Source of the DNA: a virus
Lineage: Duplodnaviria; Caudoviricetes
Virus record (IMG/VR): IMGVR_UViG_3300045421_000193
Location: 1 to 31,507 of that record
Direction: 5' to 3' (one strand)
DNA: 31,507 nt
Shown here: positions 1-8,878 of the stretch, in pieces
How positions within the stretch are numbered: the stretch's first letter is position 1
How the letters are laid out: each line of letters begins with the position of its first letter
Translations under genes and position numbers: made by a program
Notes under the pieces: model-generated
Databases searched by the model: none
Told to the model about the DNA's origin: nothing
The model's input: only the letters and a program-made list of their open reading frames with translations

Positions 1-2193
1 TCAGATATAGGTGTACAAAATTTTGTTAATTCTAGTATTCCTAAGTTAATGAATTCATTAGATTATCAAGGAGCAGCAGGTGCTATTCAAGGAATATTGA
101 ATGAAAAAAGTTTTGATAATATATTAGGTGGTATTACGTCATCATCTTTACAATCTTCTATTACAACAGGAAAAGATTTATTCGCAAATTTAACAAGTGG
201 AACAGATTTAGGTTCAACAATTACAAGTTCAATTCAAAATATTTCAGGAAGTCTTTTAAATAATTTAGGTGGTACTGCTGATACTATAACATCAAATTTA
301 ACTAATATAGCAAATCTAGGAAATTTATCTAATGTAGCAGATATATCAAATTTAATTTCAGGTGGCGGTATTACTGGCGGTATTAGTAATGTATTATCTA
401 ACACGGGTATCGGAAATATTTTAAATAGTTCAACTGGTATTTCAAATATATCAAACGTTTTAAATGCTGGTGATATTGGAGCAACAGTAACAAATATATT
501 AGGTGGTGTTAGTGGAAATATTTCTTCTGCTGTATCAAATTTAGCTTCAGGTGGTATTTCAAATTTAATTGGAGGATTTGGTGGATTTGCTTTAGGTGGT
601 TTAGGTGGTAAATTATTTGGTGGTAGATCATCAACTAAAAAAGCAAGACGATCAGCTGCAGCAAAAAAATTTACTTCCGTTGGTGTTCCAAATTTAGGAG
701 GAACATTATTTGATGAAAACACCGCATACGTAAAACCAATTACTGATGGTGGTCAATTTGGTAATGCTGGTTTAGTTTCAAATCCAGCAGCAGGTTCATT
801 TGGTGTAGCTTCAGGATATTTAGATTATGTAAATGAACCAGATACATCTAGATTAGCACGTCATGAAAATATAGATAAAACTTCAGTTTATGTAAAAGAG
901 TCAGCAAGAGCATTAGGCATTGAAAGATTTAATTATGATACTTGGGATCAATCTGAAATACCTTATAATGCTGAATACCCTTTCAATAAAGTTGTTGAAA
1001 CTGAAAGAGGACATGTATTTGAATTAGATGATACACCAAATGCTGAAAGAATTAATATATTTCATAAACGAGGAAGTTGGATGGAGTGGGATCATAACGG
1101 TACATTAACTGATCGTGTTGTAGGTGATCGTTATTGTATAAGCGAAAGAAATACTTTTGAATTGGTAGGTGGTACAAAAAATTTAACGGTTTATGGTGAA
1201 TTAAATGCTGTACTTAAAGCTGGAGCAAAATTAAGAGTAGATGGTCCTGGTGAAGTTGTAATTAATAATGATTGTAAAGTCACAATCGCTGGAGATATGA
1301 ATTTAAACGTAGGTGGAGAGTTTAGATTAATTGCTTCACAAATACGTATGGAGTCAAAAGGAATGGCTACGTTAGGAGCATCTCAAGTGTTAGAATTAGA
1401 TGGTAGTAAAGTTGATATAGGTAATGGATTTACTCCTTCAGGATTAGCACTTACAAGTAATGAAATTATTGATACACAAATGCCAGTTATACCTGAATTA
1501 CAAATTAATTCACGTTCAGCAAGAGAATATTTTGTTTATGAAGTTCCAGATGAAGGAGATGCTATTGAACATCGTGAGCGTCAAGTACAACGTGGTTTAT
1601 ATATTCGTAAGAATTTAGATTTAGGTAATGTTTTACTTAAAACTACTCCAACAATTAAATCAGATATTGAAACAGCAGAACAAAAATGTGAATATATTTA
1701 TGGATTAACTAGTTATGACCCAAGTTTACAATTATCTGCTCGTATTCAATTAGGAGCATTAAATCGAAATGGTAGTATTCCTATTATAGCACAAATGGGA
1801 ATAGAGCCAAAACAAATAGTTTGTAATTTAAAAGGAATAGCGACATACCTTATTGAACCAATGAAAGATTTATTTAAAAATGTTTTAATCGTAAATGGAT
1901 ATAGAAATAATCAAATTCAATCAGGTTCTCCTGATATATCTCAACATTATGTAGGCGAAGCTGTTGATATTATATTTTCAAGCTGGAATAGAGCTCAACA
2001 TTTTCAAGCAGCAACAGATTTAGTTTTATCTTTACCTTATGGGTTTGATCGTATTGTATTATCGTATGCGGGTAAAAAATCAGTTTGGCTACATTGTTCA
2101 TGGAAATATTCAGGAAATAGATTTGAAACACTTACTATGAGGGATCATTTAAAAGTGTCAGATGGTTTCTCTTTAATAGCAGAGGTTAAATAG
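1..2193 (+). CDS. gp5: Baseplate hub/central spike protein (T4 gp5-like), 5'-truncated, with Gly/Ser/Asn-rich region, beta-helix and C-terminal peptidase M15-like domain
   Basis: Frame 1 is open from base 1 (SDIGVQNFVNSSIPKLM...), so the real start is probably upstream of the window rather than at 49. YPFNKVVETERGHVFELDDTPNAERINIFHKRG closely matches the T4 gp5 motif preceding the beta-helix, and VxG-type repeats follow. The C-terminus has GYR...SQH-x6-D...WLH, the Zn-binding M15 pattern. A PAAR gene follows directly. Confidence 0.88.
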   Translation, partial: SDIGVQNFVNSSIPKLMNSLDYQGAAGAIQGILNEKSFDNILGGITSSSLQSSITTGKDLFANLTSGTDLGSTITSSIQNISGSLLNNLGGTADTITSNLTNIANLGNLSNVADISNLISGGGITGGISNVLSNTGIGNILNSSTGISNISNVLNAGDIGATVTNILGGVSGNISSAVSNLASGGISNLIGGFGGFALGGLGGKLFGGRSSTKKARRSAAAKKFTSVGVPNLGGTLFDENTAYVKPITDGGQFGNAGLVSNPAAGSFGVASGYLDYVNEPDTSRLARHENIDKTSVYVKESARALGIERFNYDTWDQSEIPYNAEYPFNKVVETERGHVFELDDTPNAERINIFHKRGSWMEWDHNGTLTDRVVGDRYCISERNTFELVGGTKNLTVYGELNAVLKAGAKLRVDGPGEVVINNDCKVTIAGDMNLNVGGEFRLIASQIRMESKGMATLGASQVLELDGSKVDIGNGFTPSGLALTSNEIIDTQMPVIPELQINSRSAREYFVYEVPDEGDAIEHRERQVQRGLYIRKNLDLGNVLLKTTPTIKSDIETAEQKCEYIYGLTSYDPSLQLSARIQLGALNRNGSIPIIAQMGIEPKQIVCNLKGIATYLIEPMKDLFKNVLIVNGYRNNQIQSGSPDISQHYVGEAVDIIFSSWNRAQHFQAATDLVLSLPYGFDRIVLSYAGKKSVWLHCSWKYSGNRFETLTMRDHLKVSDGFSLIAEVK

Positions 2194-2195
2194 AT

Positions 2196-2498
2196 ATGCC
2201 GTTAGCAGCAACAATACTTACTTTTAGTACAGGACATGGATGTTGGCCAGCTACATTGCCTCTAGGACCAGTTAGTTTAAAAACATTTATTAATGGATTG
2301 CCTGTACCATTAGCACTTCATACCATTTACATGACTCACATATGTCTTATACCACATGCTGGAGCAGCTAGATTAGTATTTAAGGGTTCACTTAAAGTCT
2401 TTATAGAAGGAAAAATGGCAGTTAGATTTTTAGACCCAATAGTTTGTGGTGATAAGGTAGGACCACTTTGTTCACCAAAAGTTAATATAGGAGGATAA
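2196..2498 (+). CDS. gp5.4: PAAR-family spike tip protein (T4 gp5.4-like)
   Basis: 100 aa. GHGCWPAT and KVFIEGKMAVRFLDPIVCGDKV...SPKVNIG align by eye with T4 gp5.4. His/Cys metal ligands are present and the gene lies directly after gp5. Confidence 0.88.
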   Translation: MPLAATILTFSTGHGCWPATLPLGPVSLKTFINGLPVPLALHTIYMTHICLIPHAGAARLVFKGSLKVFIEGKMAVRFLDPIVCGDKVGPLCSPKVNIGG

Positions 2499-2513
2499 AA
2501 TTAATATAGTATA

Positions 2514-2521
2514 ACTAAATA
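2514..2521 (+). promoter_or_regulatory. Putative T4-type late promoter (ACTAAATA)
   Basis: Intergenic variant of TATAAATA/CTAAATA ending 4 nt before the gp25 ATG. The same octamer recurs intergenically at 18789. Confidence 0.5.
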
Positions 2522-2525
2522 TGAT

Positions 2526-2918
2526 ATGCCAACAAATACAAAAACATTTACAGATTTAGATCTTAATTTTACAGCACATCCAGTTAATAAAGATGTAGCT
2601 ATAAAATATGACGAGCAAGCAATTAAACAAAGTGTTAAAAACTTAATACTTACTAAAAATTTTGAAAGACCATTTCACAGCGAAATAGGTTGTCAAGTTC
2701 GTGGATTATTATTTGAACCAGTGACAGAAATGTCCGTCTCTATTATTAAAAGAAGTATAGTAGATGTAATAAGAAATTATGAACCAAGAGTTCAATTAGT
2801 TGATGTTTTTGTTAATGTACGACCTGATGAAAATTACGTAGACATTCGTATTATATTTAAAATTATTAATACAGCTACACCAATAGAATTAAACTTAACA
2901 CTTGAAAGAACACGATAA
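2526..2918 (+). CDS. gp25: Baseplate wedge subunit gp25 (GPW/gp25 family, sheath initiator)
   Basis: FTDLDLNF..HP, AIKQSVKNLILT...ERPF...G...LLFE and I.NYEPRV motifs; 130 aa. The stop overlaps the gp6 start (TAATG). Confidence 0.95.
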   Translation: MPTNTKTFTDLDLNFTAHPVNKDVAIKYDEQAIKQSVKNLILTKNFERPFHSEIGCQVRGLLFEPVTEMSVSIIKRSIVDVIRNYEPRVQLVDVFVNVRPDENYVDIRIIFKIINTATPIELNLTLERTR

Positions 2919-4765
2919 TGGCTGAAACAAGTAGAAACATTAAAGTCACGGAATTAGATTTTGATGAAATAAAAAAGAATATAAAAACATATTTAAAAGC
3001 ACAAAACGCATTTACCGATTATAATTTTGAAGGATCTGGTCTTTCAATTTTATTAGATATCCTTGCTTATAATACACATTATAATGCTTTATATTATAAT
3101 TTAAGTGTTAATGAAATGTTTTTAGATAGTGCTGTAAAACGTTCATCAGTTGTAAGTCTTGCTAAATTATTAGGATATACCCCAACATCAAGTGTAGCAT
3201 CAAGAGCAATTATAGACATAGTTGCATCAAATGTAACAGGAAATCCAACTACTCTTACTATACCAGCAGGAACTATATTTCAATCAAATTTAGTTGGAGC
3301 AAATTATAATTTTTCAACTGAAAGTGCTATTACTGTTTCTCGTTCAGTTTCAAATACATATACGTTTTTAAATGTTCCTATAATTGAAGGTAAATTATTA
3401 CAGAAAACATATTCAATGGTAAATAATGGAACGTACACACTTCCAAATACTAAAGTTGATACTTCAACAATTAAAGTAAATGTTCAGGAAGTTGCAGGTT
3501 CAGCAGCAAATACAGTATATACACTTTCCGAAAACTTTGCTTCCTTAAATCCAACATCACGTGTTTATTTTTTAAAAGAAAATGATGAAGGTAATTATGT
3601 TATTTCTTTTGGTGATGGTTTATTAGGGTTTGCTCCAGCAAATGGTGCAAATATTATTATAGATTATTTTGTTTGTAATGAAGAAGAACCGAATGGTACA
3701 AGTACTTTTACATATACAGGAAGTGCATTTACAAATACAGCTAACTTATCTATTGTTACTAAAGCAATCGCAGCTGGTGGGTCTATACCTGAAACAATAG
3801 ATAGTATAAAATTTAATGCTCCTAAAAACTTTACAGCTCAAAATCGTGCTGTGACAGCTCAAGATTATAAAACAATTATTCCTAAATTTTATAACAACGT
3901 AGATGCTATTTCTGTTTGGGGTGGAGAAGAAAATGATCCACCAACTTATGGAAAAGCATATATTTGCATTAAACCAAAAACAGGAGATACTCTTACACAA
4001 AGCACAAAACAAATTATAATCAAAGATATTATAAAATCAAAAAGTTTAGTAAGTATTATTCCTGAAATAGTAGATCCTGAAATACTATTCATTTCAGTAA
4101 ATTCTAGTGTGTATTATAATCCAAAAATAACAACACGTAGTTCTGACACTATAAAAAGTATTGTAATTGACACAATTAAAAATTTTAATACAAGTAATTT
4201 AAATAAATTTGATTCTGTATTTCGTGAGTCAGCATTATCAACTTTAATTGATACTAGTGAAAGTAGTATAGTTTCAAACATTACTAAGATATCTTTAAAG
4301 TATGTTTTAACACCACAGTTCAATACAAATACAAAATATACACTTCAATTAAATAATCCAATTTATAGACCAACCTCTACAGAGAATGCTTCTATTTCTT
4401 TACTTTCATCAGGATTTAAAATAGCAGGAGATAATAATACATATTATATTGAAGATAATGCGATAGGAAATTTAAGATTATTTTATTTGACTGGTCAAAA
4501 TGTTAAAATTTATACACCATCATATGTTGGAACAGTAAATTATACAATTGGTAAAATATTAATTGATAGTATTAATATAACACAAGGCGATAATAATAGT
4601 AAAGTAGTATTTACAGTAGAACCAGCTTCATATGATGTAATATCTGTAAGAAATCAATTAACATTTATAAGAGAACAAGATATAGAAGTAAATATTATAT
4701 CTGATAAAATCGCTTCTGGTGAAAGTGTATCAGGAAAAGATTTTATCTTTACACCTAGTAGATAA
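2918..4765 (+). CDS. gp6: Baseplate wedge subunit gp6
   Basis: ELDFDEIKKN...FTDYNFEGSGLSILLDILAYNTHY...EMFLDSA..RSSVVSLAK.LGY, FGDG..G and AQNRAVTAQDY...VWGGE motifs; 615 aa. Confidence 0.96.
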   Translation: MAETSRNIKVTELDFDEIKKNIKTYLKAQNAFTDYNFEGSGLSILLDILAYNTHYNALYYNLSVNEMFLDSAVKRSSVVSLAKLLGYTPTSSVASRAIIDIVASNVTGNPTTLTIPAGTIFQSNLVGANYNFSTESAITVSRSVSNTYTFLNVPIIEGKLLQKTYSMVNNGTYTLPNTKVDTSTIKVNVQEVAGSAANTVYTLSENFASLNPTSRVYFLKENDEGNYVISFGDGLLGFAPANGANIIIDYFVCNEEEPNGTSTFTYTGSAFTNTANLSIVTKAIAAGGSIPETIDSIKFNAPKNFTAQNRAVTAQDYKTIIPKFYNNVDAISVWGGEENDPPTYGKAYICIKPKTGDTLTQSTKQIIIKDIIKSKSLVSIIPEIVDPEILFISVNSSVYYNPKITTRSSDTIKSIVIDTIKNFNTSNLNKFDSVFRESALSTLIDTSESSIVSNITKISLKYVLTPQFNTNTKYTLQLNNPIYRPTSTENASISLLSSGFKIAGDNNTYYIEDNAIGNLRLFYLTGQNVKIYTPSYVGTVNYTIGKILIDSINITQGDNNSKVVFTVEPASYDVISVRNQLTFIREQDIEVNIISDKIASGESVSGKDFIFTPSR

Positions 4766-4770
4766 AAGCA

Positions 4771-7401
4771 ATGGCAGTAAAAGCAACAGCTTCGATAGTA
4801 GTTAATAAACAGGTCCCTGAATTTGTAAGGGATGACAATCAAAAGTTTATTGACTTTTTAAAAGCATACTATGAATTTCTTGAAAACTTTTACCCACAAC
4901 AACATTTAGAAGATATAAGAGATATTGACGAAACAGTTAATATGTTTGTTGAATATTTTACGAGAGAGGTATTACAAAACATACCCAGAGAAGTTATATC
5001 AAACAAAAGATTTTTAGCAAAACACATTAAAGAATTATATTTATCGAAAGGAACAGAAGATTCATATAAATTCCTTTTTCGTATATTATATAATGAAGAT
5101 GCTGAAATATATTTTCCTAAAGTTGATTTGCTTCGTGTATCAGATGGTAAATGGGGCGAAAGACAAATAATCCGTGTTATTGCTACCACTGGTGATGCTC
5201 GTAACTTAATAGGAGAATTAATTACTCAAACAAGAGTATTTCCGAATGGTAATATTGAAAAAGCAACAGCTCGAGTAGAAAACGTAATTCTTTTTCGTCA
5301 TCTATCGCAAGAGATAGCCGAATTAACATTAAGTAAAGATAGTATCACAGGTATTTTTAAACAAACAAATGATATTCAAACATTTACCATTACTGGAAAT
5401 TCTTTTATTAATGGCTCACCAATAGTTTGCACTGTATTACCAATTATTGAAAAATTTTCAATTATTGATAATAAAGGTGGTACTTATAGTAATATAGGAG
5501 ATTTAGTTTATTTTTCTTCACCAACAGGAGTTCTTGCTCGTTCAGAGGTAGGAGAAATCGCTCCTGGGTCTGTTTCTGAATTAATTGTAGCAGCAGGTGG
5601 TACTGGTTATCAAATAGGTGACACAGTTACTTTTAATAATACAGGAACTGGTGGACCAGAATTATCACCAACATTATCTGCATCTGGATTTATTTCAGAA
5701 ATCGATAGAGATTCTATTCTTTTAGAAGATGGAACAGGTAAATTACTTAGTGAGACATTGGGAGAAATTGATTTTGAACAATCTAATTCAGGTGCTATTA
5801 AAAAAGCAACTGTACTTTCAGGTGGTGCTTTTTATAATAAACTTCCTATTTGTACTTTACCAACTGGAGCTGGAAGAGCCAATGGTAAAATATTAGCAGC
5901 ATCTGACAGTATTGGTAGAATTACAAGTATCGTGACCTCAGAGAGTGGTTTTGATTATGTGAATCCTCCTTATTTTTTTGTACCTCTTTCAGCAATTATT
6001 AAAAATCCTTCAGCAAACTTTTTAGTAGGTGAAACGATTGTAAGTGAACCACAAACTATTCGTTTAGAAAGAAATATTAATGATACTTTAATTTTAGAAA
6101 ATGGTGATAAGCTTTTAAGTGAAAAACAACAAGTTGCTCAAGCTATATTAGAAAAAATAGATGCTGATACACATATAATTAAGTTAAAAGAAGGGACATC
6201 TTTTAATGGATATTTAAAAGAAGATGAAAGTGGTTATATACTAGACGAAGATACTGATATATTTGTAAGAGAAGATTCAGGTCAATTCCTTATTAATATG
6301 AAAATTAAAGGTTTGACTTCAAATGCGACTGCAACTATTTGTTCTATTTCAAATCCGAATATTCGTGTAAGAATAAATGCTGTAACTTCTCAAATCGGTG
6401 GATTTGGTTCTTCAGATGGACAACTATCTGAAAGTTCTAAACGTATTCAAGATTCGTTTTACTATCAAGATTTTTCATATGTTGTAAAAGTAGGACAAAG
6501 TATTAATCTATATCGTGATGCTGTAAAAAAATTATTACATCCAATCGGTCTTGCTTTATTTGGAGAGGTTAAAATTAAGAATAAAATTACAACTAGCACA
6601 AAACTTGAAACTAGGATACTAAACTATCAAATCCGTCAATTACTTAATTTAAAAATGAAAGCTGTAGGAAACCATCGTACAGCTGGAGAATTGTTTAGTA
6701 CTTTAAGTAAAAATCAAGTAATTTTATCAATAACAGATTTTATAGCTTCAGCCCTAAATATAACCACATTAAGTTCTGAATTTTTACCAGTATTAAATTT
6801 TCCGAGACTTACACCGCAAGATATACATTTATTAGATTTAAGGTGTGAGGTTATAGGGTTTGAACAAGAAAAACAACTTGAAATTAATCTTGCTAAAGCG
6901 ATTAGAAAAGTTCAAAAAATTGATAGAAACCCTTTCACTTTATTAGAAAAATCAACTCCTGCTTTTGACGGAAGTGCTAGGAGATATGGAATAAATCTAG
7001 AAGATCTCGAAAGATTTAAATTTACTCATAAACCAAGTGTTTCAGGGACTAAATTTGCGAATGCTTCAGGGACACCAGCATTTACTACCCCAGGATATGG
7101 TGTTATTAATACTTACCCAAATCCAAACTTTAATTATTGGACACTTGGAAATACACAAATTAAAGATTTTACAGGTTTATCTGTAGCTGAAATACTAAAT
7201 AATCCGTATAGAAAAGTCAATTTTGCTATAGAATCAGAAATTGGTATTATTAGACTTCCAGCATCGGCTTTAAGATTTTCGACAGACGATGCTCGTTTTA
7301 CGTTTGATGATACATTTACTATGGATGCAGACAGTGTAGAAATGGATGCGTCTATTTATAGTTGGGATAATAACAATTTATTATTCGATTTATTTACATA
7401 A
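4771..7401 (+). CDS. gp7: Baseplate wedge initiator gp7-like protein
   Basis: QVPEFVR...F..FLKAYYEF, LYLSKGT..SY.FLFRILY and IQDSFYYQDFSYV...LHPIG..LFGE motifs typical of gp7 in aquatic T4-like phages. It lies between gp6 and gp8. Confidence 0.8.
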   Translation: MAVKATASIVVNKQVPEFVRDDNQKFIDFLKAYYEFLENFYPQQHLEDIRDIDETVNMFVEYFTREVLQNIPREVISNKRFLAKHIKELYLSKGTEDSYKFLFRILYNEDAEIYFPKVDLLRVSDGKWGERQIIRVIATTGDARNLIGELITQTRVFPNGNIEKATARVENVILFRHLSQEIAELTLSKDSITGIFKQTNDIQTFTITGNSFINGSPIVCTVLPIIEKFSIIDNKGGTYSNIGDLVYFSSPTGVLARSEVGEIAPGSVSELIVAAGGTGYQIGDTVTFNNTGTGGPELSPTLSASGFISEIDRDSILLEDGTGKLLSETLGEIDFEQSNSGAIKKATVLSGGAFYNKLPICTLPTGAGRANGKILAASDSIGRITSIVTSESGFDYVNPPYFFVPLSAIIKNPSANFLVGETIVSEPQTIRLERNINDTLILENGDKLLSEKQQVAQAILEKIDADTHIIKLKEGTSFNGYLKEDESGYILDEDTDIFVREDSGQFLINMKIKGLTSNATATICSISNPNIRVRINAVTSQIGGFGSSDGQLSESSKRIQDSFYYQDFSYVVKVGQSINLYRDAVKKLLHPIGLALFGEVKIKNKITTSTKLETRILNYQIRQLLNLKMKAVGNHRTAGELFSTLSKNQVILSITDFIASALNITTLSSEFLPVLNFPRLTPQDIHLLDLRCEVIGFEQEKQLEINLAKAIRKVQKIDRNPFTLLEKSTPAFDGSARRYGINLEDLERFKFTHKPSVSGTKFANASGTPAFTTPGYGVINTYPNPNFNYWTLGNTQIKDFTGLSVAEILNNPYRKVNFAIESEIGIIRLPASALRFSTDDARFTFDDTFTMDADSVEMDASIYSWDNNNLLFDLFT

Positions 7402-7420
7402 ACATTAAGGAAAAATAACC

Positions 7421-8836
7421 ATGGCAGCAATTATTACAAGCAAATTTCGCATCCATAATGCGCAATCATTTTTAGAGGGTTTTGATGAGGCACAACCCAC
7501 ATCAATATATCTTGGTATAGGTCGTCCACAAAGTTGGGCTGATGATAATTTACCAGATACACCAAAAGACACAGTTAGCGATGAATTATATTATTGGGAT
7601 GATATGATCGCTTTAAAGCGAGTACAAGCAGCTGATGTCATACTTTCAATTCCAAGAAGAGACTGGACATCAGGAAAATATTATGACATTTACCGTCATG
7701 ATTATAATGGTGTGACTGCTGGAGTAAATATAAACTCTGGTGGTGCTACGACACCTGCTACTTTATTTGACGCAAACTTTTTTGTATTGACAGATGAGTT
7801 TAACGTTTATAAAGTTATAAACAACAGAAACTCAAGTGGTGTAGTTGTTGCTTCTGTAAATAAACCAACTGGAACAGGAACTGCTATATTTTCTACAGCT
7901 GATGGTTATGCTTGGAAATATATGTTTACAATATCTCCTGCGAATGTTTTAAAATTCGTTTCTACCGATTTTATTCCAGTTAAAAAAATTGGTGCTAACC
8001 CAGGAGTCACAGATGCATATTACAATCAATATCTAGTTGAACAAGCTGCAGTTGACGGACGTATTGATAATATAATTGTGACAAACGCAGGTTCAGGGTA
8101 TTCTTCTTTACCAACTGTTACGATTACAGGTGATGGTAATGGTGCTACAGCAGTTGCTGTACGAGATGCTGGTACAAATACAATTATAAGAGTAAGTATT
8201 ACCTCTGGTGGTTCAGGATACACTTTTGCTAATGTAATATTTACAGGTGGTGGTGGTACAAATGCTGCTGCAACTTCAATTATTTCACCAAAAGGTGGAC
8301 ATGGATCTGATTCTGTAAAAGAATTAGGTGGATTTTTTGTGATGATGAACGTAAGATTAGAATACAATGATGGATCAGGTGACTTCCCAGTTGATAATGA
8401 TTATCGTCGTATTACATTAATACGTGATCCTTTCAATTTTGGTTCAACAACAGTTGCTACTCTTTCAACAAGAACAGCATCTAGATCAATTGCTTTTTCT
8501 TCATTAGCTGGTGTATTATTAAATGATAGGAAAATCGTTGGTGGTACTTCAGGTGCTATTGGTAGAATTACTAGCATTGATACACAGAACACAACTATTA
8601 GATATATTCAAACATCAGTAGATAATCCTACTGGTCAAGCATTCCAAGCAGGTGAAACAATAACAATGTTTTCTGCTGATGGAAGTACACCAACTGCTGT
8701 GACATTTACTTCTGGTGCTTTAACAAATCCAGAAATACAGGCAGACAGTGGTGATGTAATCTATGTAGAAAATCGTAGACCAATCAATCGTGCTATTGAT
8801 CAGATTGAAGATATTAAAATTATCGTAGAAATGTAG
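7421..8836 (+). CDS. gp8: Baseplate wedge subunit gp8
   Basis: MAAIITSKFRI.NA..F, Y..IGRPQ.W, DGY.WKYMFTI, P.GGHG.D...ELG and SGDVIY.ENR.PI.R..DQ.EDIKI motifs; AAGGA SD upstream. Confidence 0.92.
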   Translation: MAAIITSKFRIHNAQSFLEGFDEAQPTSIYLGIGRPQSWADDNLPDTPKDTVSDELYYWDDMIALKRVQAADVILSIPRRDWTSGKYYDIYRHDYNGVTAGVNINSGGATTPATLFDANFFVLTDEFNVYKVINNRNSSGVVVASVNKPTGTGTAIFSTADGYAWKYMFTISPANVLKFVSTDFIPVKKIGANPGVTDAYYNQYLVEQAAVDGRIDNIIVTNAGSGYSSLPTVTITGDGNGATAVAVRDAGTNTIIRVSITSGGSGYTFANVIFTGGGGTNAAATSIISPKGGHGSDSVKELGGFFVMMNVRLEYNDGSGDFPVDNDYRRITLIRDPFNFGSTTVATLSTRTASRSIAFSSLAGVLLNDRKIVGGTSGAIGRITSIDTQNTTIRYIQTSVDNPTGQAFQAGETITMFSADGSTPTAVTFTSGALTNPEIQADSGDVIYVENRRPINRAIDQIEDIKIIVEM

Positions 8837-8859
8837 AATTAAGTTTCTACTTTATTATT
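8825..8859 (+). terminator. Weak intrinsic terminator candidate after gp8
   Basis: GTAGAA (8833-8838) or GTAGAAA (8825-8831) pairs with (T)TTCTAC (8844-8850), followed by TTTATTATT. Confidence 0.4.
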
Positions 8860-8878
8860 AACAACTATATAAAGAAGC

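Noticed and set aside
2526-2918. Lysozyme function often attached to gp25 annotations
   Set aside because: No catalytic motif is visible. gp25 is established as a structural sheath-initiation subunit.
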